From: a virus
Taxonomy: Duplodnaviria > Caudoviricetes
Reading direction: 5' to 3' (one strand)
Virus record (IMG/VR): IMGVR_UViG_3300032270_000312
Coordinates: 1-43,811 of that record
Length of the DNA stretch: 43,811 nucleotides
Shown here: piece by piece, positions 8,707-17,187 of the stretch
Numbering within the stretch: position 1 is the first letter of the stretch
Layout of the letters: each line of letters starts with the position of its first letter
Made by a program: the position numbers and the translations under genes
Notes under the pieces: generated by a model
Seen by the model: the letters and a program-made list of their open reading frames with translations, nothing else
Database searches by the model: none
Told to the model about the DNA's origin: nothing

Positions 8707-8733
8707 AACTCCGGCCACAAACCGGAGTTTTTT
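8707..8733 (+). terminator. Early-region intrinsic terminator
   Basis: AACTCCGG/CCGGAGTT stem followed by a T run. Confidence 0.7.
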
Positions 8734-8775
8734 AGTGCCCAAACCTTTCACAATCATCACAAGGACGCACGCCAT

Positions 8776-8946
8776 TTGTTGTATCAAATCAGCTTCGGCC
8801 TAAATCCATACAGTTATACAACTGCTATGGAGTACATCAACGCGCCTACATACAAGGACGCATGGTGTATTGCTGACGGAATGTGCCATCCCAATGAGAT
8901 GGTGCAAGATGTCATTCCTGTTACCAACCTGGACCAGTACGAATGA
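8776..8946 (+). CDS. Small hypothetical protein
   Basis: TTG start after AAGGA; stop overlaps the next ATG. Confidence 0.45.
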   Translation: MLYQISFGLNPYSYTTAMEYINAPTYKDAWCIADGMCHPNEMVQDVIPVTNLDQYE

Positions 8947-9074
8947 GGTTTAACCACCAGCAACTCAAGGACTTAGAGGATCAATTCCTCAAGGACTTCC
9001 ACCGTGGCCTTCTCACAAGGACACAACTGCTCAACATCATCCACCGTCTTGATCGTATTTCTCACCACCTATGA
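8943..9074 (+). CDS. Small hypothetical protein (43 aa)
   Basis: ATGA overlaps at both ends. Confidence 0.5.
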   Translation: MRFNHQQLKDLEDQFLKDFHRGLLTRTQLLNIIHRLDRISHHL

Positions 9075-9298
9075 CCGAACAAAAAAGCGAGCGTTGGCTT
9101 CTTCTCAACGCGATTGAATGTTGGTTGTATTACTTTCCCCAACATCAATGGGCGGCGCAGTACAAAGAACTCAGGGATGTGCTGCAGCAAGCAGTCACAA
9201 ACGAAACAGAGACTAAGGAAGAAGAACCGATAAAGGAAGAAATCCAGAAGCCTCAAGGCCGCAGGACTGCTGCCAAGGCTACAAATAAAAACACATGA
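9071..9298 (+). CDS. Hypothetical protein
   Basis: ATGA-coupled ORF. Confidence 0.6.
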   Translation: MTEQKSERWLLLNAIECWLYYFPQHQWAAQYKELRDVLQQAVTNETETKEEEPIKEEIQKPQGRRTAAKATNKNT

Positions 9299-9471
9299 AA
9301 GGTAATTGTATGACTTTTGCTGTTGTGCCAAAAGTGTATGAAATTACCTTGCGTTCTGGTACTAGATACATCCTAGCGCCCAGCTCAGAAGATGCAGCGT
9401 GGTCTGCTCTTGAGCTGTCCCAAGAACACAACGACCAGCTCATAAATGTGAAGCTTAGAGATGAATGGTAA
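9295..9471 (+). CDS. Small hypothetical protein
   Basis: YILAPSSEDAAWSALELS; ATGA-coupled; alternative ATG at 9310. Confidence 0.6.
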   Translation: MKGNCMTFAVVPKVYEITLRSGTRYILAPSSEDAAWSALELSQEHNDQLINVKLRDEW

Positions 9472-9769
9472 GCGGTACTATCCCAACAATTGGGACTCAT
9501 ACTACGAAGCACCTGACGACATGTTTGAGTCTCACACGTTTGAAGAGTTAATGACATGGAAGGTAGCCAATTGGGAGCTACCGTCTAGTGTCTGCTGCAT
9601 CATTCGTGTGAGCGATTGTAAGACTGGAGCAGTTAAAGAACACGTTTATCAGCGTCATTCAGCGGCTGAAAACAAAGTCGCACAGTTAATGAAAACGCCT
9701 GGTATTGAGTTCACTGTATGTGACCACGAAAGCATCCACCACCTCACCATGAAACCCACCAATGAGTGA
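9461..9769 (+). CDS. Cyanopodovirus-type early hypothetical protein
   Basis: YYPNNW...WKVANWELPSSVCCIIR. Confidence 0.7.
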   Translation: MNGKRYYPNNWDSYYEAPDDMFESHTFEELMTWKVANWELPSSVCCIIRVSDCKTGAVKEHVYQRHSAAENKVAQLMKTPGIEFTVCDHESIHHLTMKPTNE

Positions 9770-9902
9770 AACCACCTTTGAACGCCGGTTGCAGCAACTG
9801 ATCACGGACGTTATGCAACATCCGAATAGTGAAGAAATTCTAAGGCTAACCCAAGAGCAACTTCAGGATGATACGTTTATACTTGAAGATTCAGATACAT
9901 GA
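9762..9902 (+). CDS. Small hypothetical protein (46 aa)
   Basis: MSETTFERRLQQLITDVMQHPNSEEILRL...; overlaps neighbours. Confidence 0.6.
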   Translation: MSETTFERRLQQLITDVMQHPNSEEILRLTQEQLQDDTFILEDSDT

Positions 9903-10114
9903 CTCTTGTGTGTTTAGGCCCCTTGTACGTGGGCATTGATCAGGACTCCTTTTGGGATGTGTGGAAAGATTCCGCCGCACACCTTGTCCACTTGGGTAGG
10001 CTGCGACTAGAATGGGACTGTCGTCATCGATACGATGGATCCACTCAGAAGACAACTCACCAATCCGCAGATCGAACGACTGCTCAAGGTCATCGAAGCC
10101 ATTCGTGTCCTTGA
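9899..10114 (+). CDS. Hypothetical protein
   Basis: ATGA-coupled; overlaps the MarR-like gene by 80 nt. Confidence 0.4.
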   Translation: MTLVCLGPLYVGIDQDSFWDVWKDSAAHLVHLGRLRLEWDCRHRYDGSTQKTTHQSADRTTAQGHRSHSCP

Positions 10115-10397
10115 TCGAGAGATGCCAGCTCAAGTGGTGGCCACTTTCTTATACGTGGCTTCCCACAATGAGTGTCACAAGGTCGCCTTGGAGGAGGACT
10201 TAAACTTCCCAACCTCCAGCGGCAGCCGCAACACCGACTGGCTCTCTCGTTTTCACAGGCTTCGCAAGCCTGGCTTGAACCTGATTAGCAAGGAGGTAGA
10301 CCCACTCGATCGCCGCCGAACGATTCTCAAACTGACCCCAAAAGGGGAGCAGCTTGTTCACCACATCACCCAATTGCTGTATGGCGACAAGACTTGA
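10035..10397 (+). CDS. MarR-like winged-helix regulator
   Basis: SSGSRNTDWL recognition helix, LISKEVDPLDRRRTILKLTPKGEQ wing typical of MarR. Confidence 0.85.
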   Translation: MDPLRRQLTNPQIERLLKVIEAIRVLDREMPAQVVATFLYVASHNECHKVALEEDLNFPTSSGSRNTDWLSRFHRLRKPGLNLISKEVDPLDRRRTILKLTPKGEQLVHHITQLLYGDKT

Positions 10398-11322
10398 GAA
10401 ATTAATGGAGCGCAAGCCTGAAAAGTCCACCATCAAGACCTTTCAGCACGCGTTTCAATTTGCTCTTTCAACCCATGACAAGTGGTCTCTCAATCGAGAG
10501 AAGAACAGTCAAGGGCACAACGCAAGACGCTTCATGCAACAGCTGGAGAAGTTTTGTGAGAGCGACGCGATTCCGATTGCGTACATTGCTGACGACTTCA
10601 ACGTCAAGCAAATCATCAACGAGATGCAGGACCATTACAACTGGAGTGATTCCAGCTGCAACAAGTTCTGTTCATTCTTGAGCACCACCTTTAAGGAGTG
10701 CTTGGATCACGACATGCTTGCCAAGATGCCACGCATCCCACGCAAGGCAGAAACAATGGGCCGTACCGAATGGTACACCAAAGAGCATGTCGAGCAGTTG
10801 TGTGGGTACGCCAAGGAGACCGAGCGTCACAAGTTGGCGGATTTGATGTTGTTTGCGGCCTACACAGGGCTGCGTCAACAAGAACTTCGCAAGCTAAAGC
10901 GCCGGGACTTTGACTACAAACTCAACGTACCTTTGATCCACGTTGGTGGTACGAAGGACTCCATCACCAAGACGGGCAACTACCGAACCGTTCAATTGCC
11001 AGAGCGGATTCATGAACTTGCCGAGCGTTTGTGCTTCCACAAGGACGCAAACGATTTGATCTTTGGAGAGGATTGGATCAACAGACAACAGATCAACCGG
11101 GCATTTAATCCGGTGAAGTCTGTGGTCAAGACCCGTGTGGATGGCATCACCGATGCCCATGTGTTCCACACATTCCGCCACACCTACGGCACCTGGCGCA
11201 TCGCGGCAGGCTCTCCGATCATGGATGTTAAGTTCGCCATGGGTCACTCCACAGTGGCCATGACCGAGCGGTACGTCCATAACACAGGTGGGGTCAGCAC
11301 GCAAGGCGACGTGCGTATCTAG
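10381..11322 (+). CDS. int: Tyrosine recombinase / phage integrase
   Basis: Catalytic set present: YTGLRQQE (R), TKTG (K), HTFRH, MGHS, TERY (Y); start uncertain. Confidence 0.93.
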   Translation: MATRLEKLMERKPEKSTIKTFQHAFQFALSTHDKWSLNREKNSQGHNARRFMQQLEKFCESDAIPIAYIADDFNVKQIINEMQDHYNWSDSSCNKFCSFLSTTFKECLDHDMLAKMPRIPRKAETMGRTEWYTKEHVEQLCGYAKETERHKLADLMLFAAYTGLRQQELRKLKRRDFDYKLNVPLIHVGGTKDSITKTGNYRTVQLPERIHELAERLCFHKDANDLIFGEDWINRQQINRAFNPVKSVVKTRVDGITDAHVFHTFRHTYGTWRIAAGSPIMDVKFAMGHSTVAMTERYVHNTGGVSTQGDVRI

Positions 11323-11350
11323 GTCCGTCTAAAGCAGTGGAGATTTCGGC

Positions 11351-11359
11351 TGCTATCAT
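11351..11359 (+). promoter_or_regulatory. Candidate extended -10 promoter upstream of attP
   Basis: TGcTATCAT about 45 bp before the tRNA-like core. Confidence 0.45.
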
Positions 11360-11404
11360 GTAATTCCCAAGCGGTCTCAACGTTGAGAATCGCTGGAATC
11401 CCTT

Positions 11405-11445
11405 GGGAGCGTGCCGGAATTGGTAGACGGACTCGACTCAAAATC
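11405..11445 (+). other. attP core: 5' half of tRNA-Leu(CAA)
   Basis: GGGAGCGTGCCGGAATTGGTAGACGGACTCGACTCAAAATC gives acceptor 5' strand, D-arm (GGAATTGGTAGAC) and anticodon loop CT-CAA-AA; tRNA structure is lost right after; lies directly downstream of int. Confidence 0.85.
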
Positions 11446-11487
11446 ACAGTTCGTTAAGCATCCACCTCAGCATTAGACAGGCACTTT

Positions 11488-11510
11488 CGGGAGGGAAACC
11501 TCCCGTTTTT
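11488..11510 (+). terminator. Intrinsic terminator between attP and RNAP
   Basis: CGGGAGG-GAAA-CCTCCCG followed by TTTTT. Confidence 0.85.
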
Positions 11511-11595
11511 ATTAGGGTTTTCAATCTCTCCACTTGGGCACAAATTAGGCGCCCAGTCGAGTCCAATTCTTACACAATTCTTCACACTCACGCCT

Positions 11596-13935
11596 ATGCC
11601 CACACCGGCTCAGATCGATGAGCAGATCCGATTGGAACGCGATCAGATCCGACAAGGCCTCAAGCAGCTACGGGACAACACGCAACGATTGGAAGAAAAG
11701 GAGTACGCAAGTGCGTCGGTTTACGGCGTAGCGTCTATCCAGACTTTGATTCCGTTGGTGGTCAAACGGATCGAAGGAACCAACAACCGCATCCACGAAG
11801 GCAAGATTGGGGTTGCCTTTGCGGAGATCAAGCAGTACCTCACGGATGTGGAAGCGGAGGTGGCCGCTGCCATTGCTTGCAAGGTGACCTTCGACAAGGT
11901 GTTTGGAGTCAAGCCCGCCAGCTCCCAAATCCAGAACGTGACCGATGCCATCGGGGCGGCCTTGGAAGCGGAGTGCATGATGCGGCACTACGAGCGGGAG
12001 GTGCCGGGGTTGCTGCAGATCCTGCAAGACAACTACTGGCACCGTTCCATTGGAACTCACCAAAAGGTGAAGGTGATCAGCACCTTGATGAACCGCTACG
12101 ACGTGCCCCACTGGCAAGCCTGGGGCCGCGCCAACCGCATCAAGCTTGGGGGCTGGTTGCTGGATTGCGTCTGCAAGGCGACCAATTGGTTCATGACTGA
12201 CATGCGCCAAGAGGGACGCAAACGTCAAAACTACGTGGCTCCAACCCCTGAATTTCTAGAGATCAAGGATCAGGTAGTCGGGCAAGCCGAGCTGTTCAGC
12301 CCGTTGGCTTGGCCCATGCTGATCGAGCCGAACGATTGGAGCAGAGACCACTGTGGGGGCTACCTGCTAAATGAAGTCATGCGGGGCCACGACATGGTTC
12401 GCCGGGGCGATCAGGGGTGTATACAGGGAGAAACACCTATCGCCTTTCTGAACAAGATTCAGAAGGTGGCCTACCGCCTTAACCCGTTTATCGTTGGGGT
12501 GGCTGAGACGCTTCTGGAGAAGCAGATCTCAGTTGGCAAGTTTGTCCCTATTGTCGAATTACCTCTACCTCCCAAACCCGTAGACATTGCTGAGAATTAC
12601 GACTCTCGCAAGGACTACAGGCGAAGGGCAGCGGAGGTGAGAAACATCAACGCCCAAGCGTTTGACCGATCCGTGAGAACACGGATGACAATGAACGCTG
12701 TTCAGATCTTCAAGGAGCGGGAGAAGTTCTTTATTCCTTGGTCGTTTGACTATCGTGGAAGAGCTTTTCCAATTCCTGCATTTCTAACACCGCAGGATAC
12801 GGACTTCGGAAAGTCATTGCTTCGGTTTTACGAAGAGTCGTTCATCACTCCCGAAGCCGAAGAATGGTTAGCTTTTCAAGTGGCCACAACCTACGGTTTG
12901 GACAAGGCCCCCATGCAGGAACGGCAGGCATGGGTGGCTGAGAACAAGGAGTTGATCAAACGGGTAGCCAAAGATCCCATTGACAACTTGAGTGAATGGG
13001 AAGCAGCGGAAGAGCCTTGGCAATTCCTGGCTGCCTGTGAGGAGTATTACCACTGCATCCTTGAATGTGATCGTCAGCACACGGGGCTGATGGTCGCCAC
13101 AGATGCAACCTGCAGCGGTCTACAGATCCTCGCTGGATTGGCCCGAGATGCCTCTACAGCACGTCTTGTGAATGTCTTGCCTAGCGAGCGACCACAAGAT
13201 GCTTACAAGGTGATTGCAGAGGCTGCTAGGCCCCATGTACCTGCTTCTGTGCAGCCATACATGGACCGCAAAGTGACCAAACGAACGGTCATGACCATCC
13301 CCTACAACGCGAAGCCATACTCCAACCGTGGGTACATTCGTGAAGCGTTGGAGGAGAAGGGTGTTGAGGTTAAAAAGGACGATTTAACCGCGACCGTAAA
13401 GGCTGTACGAGACGCCATGAACAAGGTAGTCCCTGGGCCTATGGCTGTAATGAAATGGATCGAAGCCGAAGTGGCAGAAGCCATAAAGGCAGGAGCAAAG
13501 GTGCTGACGTGGAGGACGCCCTCTGGGTTTGTCGTCACACAAAAGCTAATGAAAAAAGATGTAGTTCGTATTCAGCTACAACTTCTTGGATCGTGTGAAA
13601 TCCATGCCGCTGTCGGGGATACCGACGAGGTGGACTTATCACACCATAAAAACGCAACAGCTCCCAACCTGATCCATTCTTTGGATGCGTCACTGCTTCA
13701 CCTGTCAACCCTTAGGTTCAATGCACCCATTGCATTGATCCACGACTCAGTGCTGTGCAGGGCTACTGACATGGGGATCCTGTCCACTTTGGTACGAGAG
13801 ACCTACATGCACCTGTTTGCAGAGCACGACTACTTGACTGATTGGGGAAACCAAATCGGTGCCCAATCAGACCCCCCGATCATCGGCGGCCTTGAGGCCG
13901 AATCCGTGATTGAATCCACCTACTTTTTCTGTTAA
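11596..13935 (+). CDS. T7-like single-subunit RNA polymerase
   Basis: DYRGR, DATCSGLQ (motif A), RKVTKRTVMTIPY (motif B), PNLIHSLDAS, IHDS (motif C), YFFC end. Confidence 0.98.
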   Translation: MPTPAQIDEQIRLERDQIRQGLKQLRDNTQRLEEKEYASASVYGVASIQTLIPLVVKRIEGTNNRIHEGKIGVAFAEIKQYLTDVEAEVAAAIACKVTFDKVFGVKPASSQIQNVTDAIGAALEAECMMRHYEREVPGLLQILQDNYWHRSIGTHQKVKVISTLMNRYDVPHWQAWGRANRIKLGGWLLDCVCKATNWFMTDMRQEGRKRQNYVAPTPEFLEIKDQVVGQAELFSPLAWPMLIEPNDWSRDHCGGYLLNEVMRGHDMVRRGDQGCIQGETPIAFLNKIQKVAYRLNPFIVGVAETLLEKQISVGKFVPIVELPLPPKPVDIAENYDSRKDYRRRAAEVRNINAQAFDRSVRTRMTMNAVQIFKEREKFFIPWSFDYRGRAFPIPAFLTPQDTDFGKSLLRFYEESFITPEAEEWLAFQVATTYGLDKAPMQERQAWVAENKELIKRVAKDPIDNLSEWEAAEEPWQFLAACEEYYHCILECDRQHTGLMVATDATCSGLQILAGLARDASTARLVNVLPSERPQDAYKVIAEAARPHVPASVQPYMDRKVTKRTVMTIPYNAKPYSNRGYIREALEEKGVEVKKDDLTATVKAVRDAMNKVVPGPMAVMKWIEAEVAEAIKAGAKVLTWRTPSGFVVTQKLMKKDVVRIQLQLLGSCEIHAAVGDTDEVDLSHHKNATAPNLIHSLDASLLHLSTLRFNAPIALIHDSVLCRATDMGILSTLVRETYMHLFAEHDYLTDWGNQIGAQSDPPIIGGLEAESVIESTYFFC
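12408..12427 (+). promoter_or_regulatory. Candidate phage RNAP promoter, copy 1, inside the RNAP gene
   Basis: Exact 20-bp match to 5845-5864; continues ...TATACAGGGAGA. Confidence 0.65.
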
Positions 13936-14504
13936 TGGCACAAACTGTTCACGTCACCAAAGATCCTGTTGTCCTTGAGGGCTATCAGGCAGTCATGAAA
14001 CCCTCCAAGTTTGGTTACTCGCTTGGAGCCCTGGTTGACGACCATCTGATCGAACTGCTGGAAGCGGATCGAACTGAAACCCTGAAATGGGCTGAATCGA
14101 AACTGAAGAACCCCAAGCGCAGCGTGCTCAAGCCTGAACCTTGGGAAGAAGTGAGCGAAGGCAAATACAAAGTCAAGTTCAACTGGAACGACGAAACTCG
14201 TCCCCCTGTGGTCGATTCGGAGGGCACGCCCATCACCGATGAAAGCACTCCCCTGTACAGCGGCTCCAAGGTAAAGCTGGCCTTTCGTCAGAAACCCTAT
14301 GTGCTCAAAGATGGTGTCACCTACGGCACCAGTCTGAAGCTGGTGGGCATCCAAGTGATTGCCCTGAACAGCGGTGCTGCTGTCGATACGGGTGACCTTG
14401 GTGAAACCGAAGTGGCTGCTCTGTTTGGGCAGACCAAGGGGTACAAAACCAATGACCCGAACGTGACTCCTGTGGTCACGGAGGACACGGACGACGACTT
14501 CTGA
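13935..14504 (+). CDS. Single-stranded DNA-binding protein (gp2.5-like)
   Basis: Position after RNAP, YSGSKVKL, acidic tail ending in Phe (EDTDDDF). Confidence 0.9.
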   Translation: MAQTVHVTKDPVVLEGYQAVMKPSKFGYSLGALVDDHLIELLEADRTETLKWAESKLKNPKRSVLKPEPWEEVSEGKYKVKFNWNDETRPPVVDSEGTPITDESTPLYSGSKVKLAFRQKPYVLKDGVTYGTSLKLVGIQVIALNSGAAVDTGDLGETEVAALFGQTKGYKTNDPNVTPVVTEDTDDDF

Positions 14505-14854
14505 TGTTTCGATCAGGCTTGGAGCAGCAGGTCGCTGATCTGCTCTCCAGCTTGAAGGTCAAATACGAATACGAGTCAACGAAAGTTCCCTATATTCTCC
14601 AGTGCAATTACACCCCTGACTTCCTGCTACCCAATGGCATTTATTTGGAAGTCAAGGGAAGGCTAACGGTAGAAGATCGAAGGAAGATGCTCGCTGTGAA
14701 GAAGAGCAATCCTGAACTAGATATTCGCTTTGTCTTTCAAGCCCCATACAACAAGATCAACAAAGGATCAAAGACCACCTACGCCAAATGGGCCGAGAAA
14801 TACGGGTTCCTTTGGTGTTCTTATTCCACCATTCCACTCACATGGCTCACCTGA
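14504..14854 (+). CDS. Endonuclease I (gp3-like Holliday junction resolvase)
   Basis: FRSGLE...YTPDFLLPNGIYLEVKG...LDIRFVF...TTYAKWAEK. Confidence 0.95.
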   Translation: MFRSGLEQQVADLLSSLKVKYEYESTKVPYILQCNYTPDFLLPNGIYLEVKGRLTVEDRRKMLAVKKSNPELDIRFVFQAPYNKINKGSKTTYAKWAEKYGFLWCSYSTIPLTWLT

Positions 14855-15051
14855 CCTACGGAACTCCTGAGTTTTACGAAGAACAATTCAGCGATCTACT
14901 CGCAGACGTAGAAGCAGGCAATCCTGAAATTGCTGACAACATTGTCAAAGGGTTTTTCTTGGCCCTTGACTCCTGGTTCAACTACCATCAAGAACAAGCA
15001 AATGCTTACGACCAACTCCGAAAGCGAGTTCGTGAGGCACTTGCCGTGTGA
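14842..15051 (+). CDS. Hypothetical acidic protein
   Basis: ATG 14842 in the listed frame; overlaps both neighbours. Confidence 0.6.
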   Translation: MAHLTYGTPEFYEEQFSDLLADVEAGNPEIADNIVKGFFLALDSWFNYHQEQANAYDQLRKRVREALAV

Positions 15052-16591
15052 ACACTGTGGGTCATCAGATGCAAATTCTTTGTACTCTGATGGCCACACT
15101 TTTTGTTTCTCTTGTCACACATACGGACACAGCGACGACGATGTTCACAATCACCAACCCATGTCACGAGCAAGCTCAATCAGAGGATCAGCCGAGCGGC
15201 TGCAGAAACGAAACATCTCTGAGAAAGTCTGCGAAAAGTACAAAATCTACAAAGACGGAGACGTTCTACGGTTCCATTATTTCGACGATGCTGGCATCCT
15301 TAAAGGCTGCAAAGTAAAAACCAAAAGCAAGGTCTTTAGCTATGAAGGCGAATCCTCAGGATGTCTCTTTGGACAACATTTGTTTCCCTCCACTGGAAAA
15401 CGAGTCGTTATCACTGAAGGAGAAATCGATGCGGCTTCGTGTTTTGAAGCTATGCCGGGGTGGCCGATGGTCTCTCTTCCTAGCGGTGCCGCAGCGGCAA
15501 AGAAAGCGATTCAACGGGCTCTCCCCTGGCTCCAGGGTTATGAGGAGATTGTCCTGTTCTTCGACAATGACGAGGCAGGCCGTAAGGCAACGGAGGAAGC
15601 AGCAAGCGTATTGCCACCTGGCAAATGCAAGATTGCATCGCTCCAGGGTGATTACAAAGATGCGTCAGACGCCCTCTCTACCAATGACTCTGAAGCGGTT
15701 CGTCGCGCTATTTGGAACGCGAAACCTTACCGTCCAGATGGGATCGTTGATGGCAAAAACCTTCTAGAGCTAGTCACTACACCCTCTCCTCCATCAGACC
15801 ATGACTACCCTTTCGCCGGATTACAAAATAAACTTCACGGGATCCGATACGGCGAGCTTGTTACAATTACTGCAGGATCTGGCATTGGTAAATCCAGCTT
15901 CTGTAGAGAGTTGGCAACTCACCTTCTTAGTTCCGGTGAACGAGTTGGATACCTGGCTCTCGAAGAGTCAAATCGCAGGACAGCTCTCGGACTGATGTCC
16001 GCAGCAGTTGGAAAAAACCTACACCTAGGAACGCATGAACGATCTACTCTCACCGACGCTTATCAAAAGACTCTTGCTGACTGGAATCTCTTTCTTTTCG
16101 ACGGCTTTGGTTCTTTTGATCCTGATCTCATCTACAACCGAGTTGAGTACCTGGCAGCGGGTCTTGATGCACGGGTCATCTTTCTAGATCACCTGTCAAT
16201 CCTTCTCAGTGGCTTGGATGGTGATGAACGTCGAATGATCGACACCACCATGACCAAGCTTCGTTCGTTGGTTGAACGGACTGGTGTGGCGATGTTCCTT
16301 GTCTCACATCTACGCCGCACATCCAATGACAAAAATCACGAGGAGGGCGCTCGCGTCACTCTGGGGCAGCTCAGGGGAAGCGCAGCAATTGCTCAACTCT
16401 CTGATGGAGTTATCGCACTTGAGCGAGACCAACAGGCCGCATCTGGAGGAAGTAATACGACAGTGCGAGTCCTTAAAAATCGCTATTCGGGCGAAGTTGG
16501 CGTCGCGTGCAACTTGAGCTACGACCTAGATACTTGTAAGTTCCATGAAACTGAAGCAACAGAAGACTTCAACGCAACAACAGATTTCTGA
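15002..16591 (+). CDS. Primase-helicase (gp4-like)
   Basis: CEHC..SDA..CFSC zinc finger, TEGEIDA and FDND TOPRIM, AGSGIGKS, DHL, LRGS, KNR. Confidence 0.97.
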   Translation: MLTTNSESEFVRHLPCEHCGSSDANSLYSDGHTFCFSCHTYGHSDDDVHNHQPMSRASSIRGSAERLQKRNISEKVCEKYKIYKDGDVLRFHYFDDAGILKGCKVKTKSKVFSYEGESSGCLFGQHLFPSTGKRVVITEGEIDAASCFEAMPGWPMVSLPSGAAAAKKAIQRALPWLQGYEEIVLFFDNDEAGRKATEEAASVLPPGKCKIASLQGDYKDASDALSTNDSEAVRRAIWNAKPYRPDGIVDGKNLLELVTTPSPPSDHDYPFAGLQNKLHGIRYGELVTITAGSGIGKSSFCRELATHLLSSGERVGYLALEESNRRTALGLMSAAVGKNLHLGTHERSTLTDAYQKTLADWNLFLFDGFGSFDPDLIYNRVEYLAAGLDARVIFLDHLSILLSGLDGDERRMIDTTMTKLRSLVERTGVAMFLVSHLRRTSNDKNHEEGARVTLGQLRGSAAIAQLSDGVIALERDQQAASGGSNTTVRVLKNRYSGEVGVACNLSYDLDTCKFHETEATEDFNATTDF

Positions 16592-16691
16592 GTTAACCCG
16601 ACCAATTCCACCCAAACCTGAAGATGTCACTAGAGCCCAGTTCGTTGACAAAACCTATCGGGGATGGGCCGACACTCGTCTTCGATCTTGA
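16545..16691 (+). CDS. Small hypothetical protein bridging helicase and polymerase
   Basis: 48-aa ORF (RPIPPKPEDVTRAQFVDKTY) overlapping both neighbours. Confidence 0.4.
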   Translation: MKLKQQKTSTQQQISELTRPIPPKPEDVTRAQFVDKTYRGWADTRLRS

Positions 16692-17187
16692 GACAGACGG
16701 TTTTCTAAATGATGTTACCCGTGTCCACTGTCTGGCTATCTACGATGTCCAGGCGAACCAAATATTGGTTTACAACGACGAAGGGACTGAAGAACCAATT
16801 ATTTGTGGCATTGAACGTCTTGAAGACGCATCGTGCATTATTGGTCACAATATTATTGGTTACGACTGCCCTGTTATTCGTAAACTCTTTCCTTGGTTTT
16901 ATCCTAATGGTTTGGTTGTTGACACTTTAGTGTTGTCCAGGCTGTACCACACAGACATTTTGAAGATTGATACCAACAGGTCATGGAAGCATATGCCTGC
17001 TCAACTGTATGGTCGTCATTCTCTAGAAGCCTACGGATACCGGCTGGGTGAATACAAGGGAAACTTTTCCAAGACAGCTGACTGGAAAGAGTGGTCACAA
17101 GAGATGCAGGATTACTGCGTCCAAGACGTTGTTGTAACACACAAACTATGCAAACACTTCCACCCCTACCTGAGTGGGTTGCGCTAG
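16624..17187 (+). CDS. DNA polymerase 3'-5' exonuclease domain (separate ORF)
   Basis: FDLET (ExoI), HNIIGYD (ExoII), YCVQDV (ExoIII). Confidence 0.92.
   Translation: MSLEPSSLTKPIGDGPTLVFDLETDGFLNDVTRVHCLAIYDVQANQILVYNDEGTEEPIICGIERLEDASCIIGHNIIGYDCPVIRKLFPWFYPNGLVVDTLVLSRLYHTDILKIDTNRSWKHMPAQLYGRHSLEAYGYRLGEYKGNFSKTADWKEWSQEMQDYCVQDVVVTHKLCKHFHPYLSGLR

Noticed and set aside
11405-11480. Complete tRNA-Leu gene
   Set aside because: The anticodon stem 3' strand, T-arm and acceptor 3' strand are missing; only the 5' half is present
11534-11548. TTGGGCAC as a Syn5-like phage promoter
   Set aside because: Only a short partial resemblance to a promoter recalled from memory; the exact 20-bp repeat is a stronger candidate
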